DNA of 64,000 nucleotides from Mycobacteriales bacterium (GTDB lineage Bacteria; Actinomycetota; Actinomycetes; Mycobacteriales; CADCTP01): NCBI GenBank assembly GCA_036558285.1, contig DATBFW010000203.1, positions 2,631 to 66,630 of the forward strand, read 5' to 3'. Shown piece by piece: positions 62,842 to 64,000 of this stretch (position 1 is its first letter; each line of letters starts with the position of its first letter). The notes under the pieces were generated by a model. It saw only the letters and a program-made list of their open reading frames with translations, ran no database searches and was not told where the DNA came from. The position numbers and the translations under genes were made by a program.

Positions 62842-64000
62842 CCTCGAGCAGGATCGCTTCCTCCGGGTGCAGCACCGGCATCGGCAGCCCGACCGCCGCC
62901 AGCACCCGGCCCGGGAGCTCGACCCCGCCGGCGGCCAGCCAGGCCGGCGGGGCGTGGCCGGCCGGCTCCGGCGCGCCGGCCGGGTAGGCGGGCCGGACCG
63001 TGTAGCGGCGGTCCGGGTCGAGGCCGGGCAGCCGGGCCGGCTCCGGGCCGGCCAGCGTGGAGGTGGTCAGCTGGACGAACGCGTACAGGGCGCGGTCGGC
63101 GCCGACGACGCCGTGCAGCCAGGCGGACGGGTCCGCCCGGTCGGCCCGGACCACCGTGCCGGTGTGCAGCACGGACCGCCAGTCCCGAACGAACGCCAGC
63201 CAGGCCGCCACCGCCGCCCGCTCCGCCTCGGTCGCCGCGGCCAGGTCCCACTCCAGGCCCTGGTGACCGAACAGCGCCGTCACCGCCCGGAACGACAGCG
63301 TCTGCGCCCGCCCCGTGGTGTGCGAGCGGCCCGCGCCGACGTGTGCCCCGAGCAGCTCCGGGGGCAGGAACACGCCGGTCCAGCGCTGGATCGCCTGCCG
63401 TTCCAGCGCGTCGTTGCAGTCGCTGGTCCAGACCCGGTCGGTGCGCGCCAGGATGCCGAGGTCGACCCTGGCCCCGCCGGACGCACAGCTCTCGATCTCC
63501 ACCCCGGGATGCCGCCGGCGCAGCTCGTCCAGCAGCGCGTACAGGGCGAGGGTCTGGGTCCGCACCCCCGGCCGGCCGCGCTGGTCCGGCCCGGCCCGGC
63601 CGGCGTCGACCAGGTCGCGGTTGTGGTCCCACTTCAGGTAGCCGATCTCGTGCTCGGTCAGCAGCGCGTCCAGCCGCTCCAGCAGGTATGCGGACACCGG
63701 CGGGTGGGCGAGGTCGAGCACCTGCTGGTGCCGGGCCGGCACCGGCTGCCGGCCGGGGACCGCGAGGATCCAGTCCGGGTGGGCCCGGAACAGGTCGGAG
63801 TCCGGGTTGACCATCTCCGGCTCGACCCACAGCCCGAACTGCATCCCGCGGTCCCGGACGTGCCGGACGAGCGGGCCGAGCCCGTCCGGCCAGACCGTCT
63901 CGTCCACGTACCAGTCGCCGAGCCCGGCGGTGTCGTCCCGGCGGTGCCGGAACCAGCCGTCGTCCAGGACGAACCGCTCCACCCCGGCCGCGGCGGCGAG
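62828..64000 (-). CDS. Alpha-galactosidase, GH36 (5'-truncated)
   Basis: FVLDDGWF, FGLWVEPEM, YLKWDHNR, IESCASGGAR, WTSDCND. Confidence 0.95.
   Translation of the reverse strand, partial: LAAAAGVERFVLDDGWFRHRRDDTAGLGDWYVDETVWPDGLGPLVRHVRDRGMQFGLWVEPEMVNPDSDLFRAHPDWILAVPGRQPVPARHQQVLDLAHPPVSAYLLERLDALLTEHEIGYLKWDHNRDLVDAGRAGPDQRGRPGVRTQTLALYALLDELRRRHPGVEIESCASGGARVDLGILARTDRVWTSDCNDALERQAIQRWTGVFLPPELLGAHVGAGRSHTTGRAQTLSFRAVTALFGHQGLEWDLAAATEAERAAVAAWLAFVRDWRSVLHTGTVVRADRADPSAWLHGVVGADRALYAFVQLTTSTLAGPEPARLPGLDPDRRYTVRPAYPAGAPEPAGHAPPAWLAAGGVELPGRVLAAVGLPMPVLHPEEAILLEVTRT

Noticed and set aside
1-64000. tRNA, rRNA, transposase, integrase or prophage genes
   Set aside because: None were recognised by eye. 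tRNAscan-SE, Infernal and ISEScan were not run, so small structured RNAs could have been missed.

Overview
High-GC actinomycete DNA; the gene content resembles Micromonosporales/Frankiales, which is an inference. About 55 protein genes are supported. I found no rRNA, tRNA, IS/transposase or CRISPR array. Most long ORFs in the six-frame track are shadow frames. Layout: (1) 0-11 kb holds an APC permease, a deleted LysE/RhtB pseudogene, a divergent GTP-PEPCK, a P450 and a GGDEF / DUF397-XRE-methyltransferase cassette. (2) 11-20.5 kb holds a MalT-like STAND-LuxR regulator with an ACT-like microprotein and a Tat-signal nitroreductase, then a protease-MoxR-DUF58-VWA-VWA operon. (3) 20.6-23.5 kb holds an uncharacterised three-gene unit ending in a Zn-ribbon/PD-(D/E)xK nuclease, a candidate defence or toxin system. 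(4) 26-62 kb holds three more MalT-like STAND-LuxR regulators, cydABDC, a GMC-zwf-ndh-GH15-K+ channel operon, ClC, DUF2252, two DUF1269, DUF7144, an LDH-like enzyme, gnd and a CINW thioredoxin-like protein. Main discovery: a 17-bp quasi-palindrome, C(T/C)ATCC-N5-GG(A/G)TGA, recurs in six intergenic regions ahead of these operons. In most cases it sits 22-23 nt upstream of an xAxxxT -10-like hexamer. This suggests an undescribed STAND-LuxR-activated regulon for low-oxygen or stress energy metabolism. All motif work was done by eye, with no HMM or database searches.
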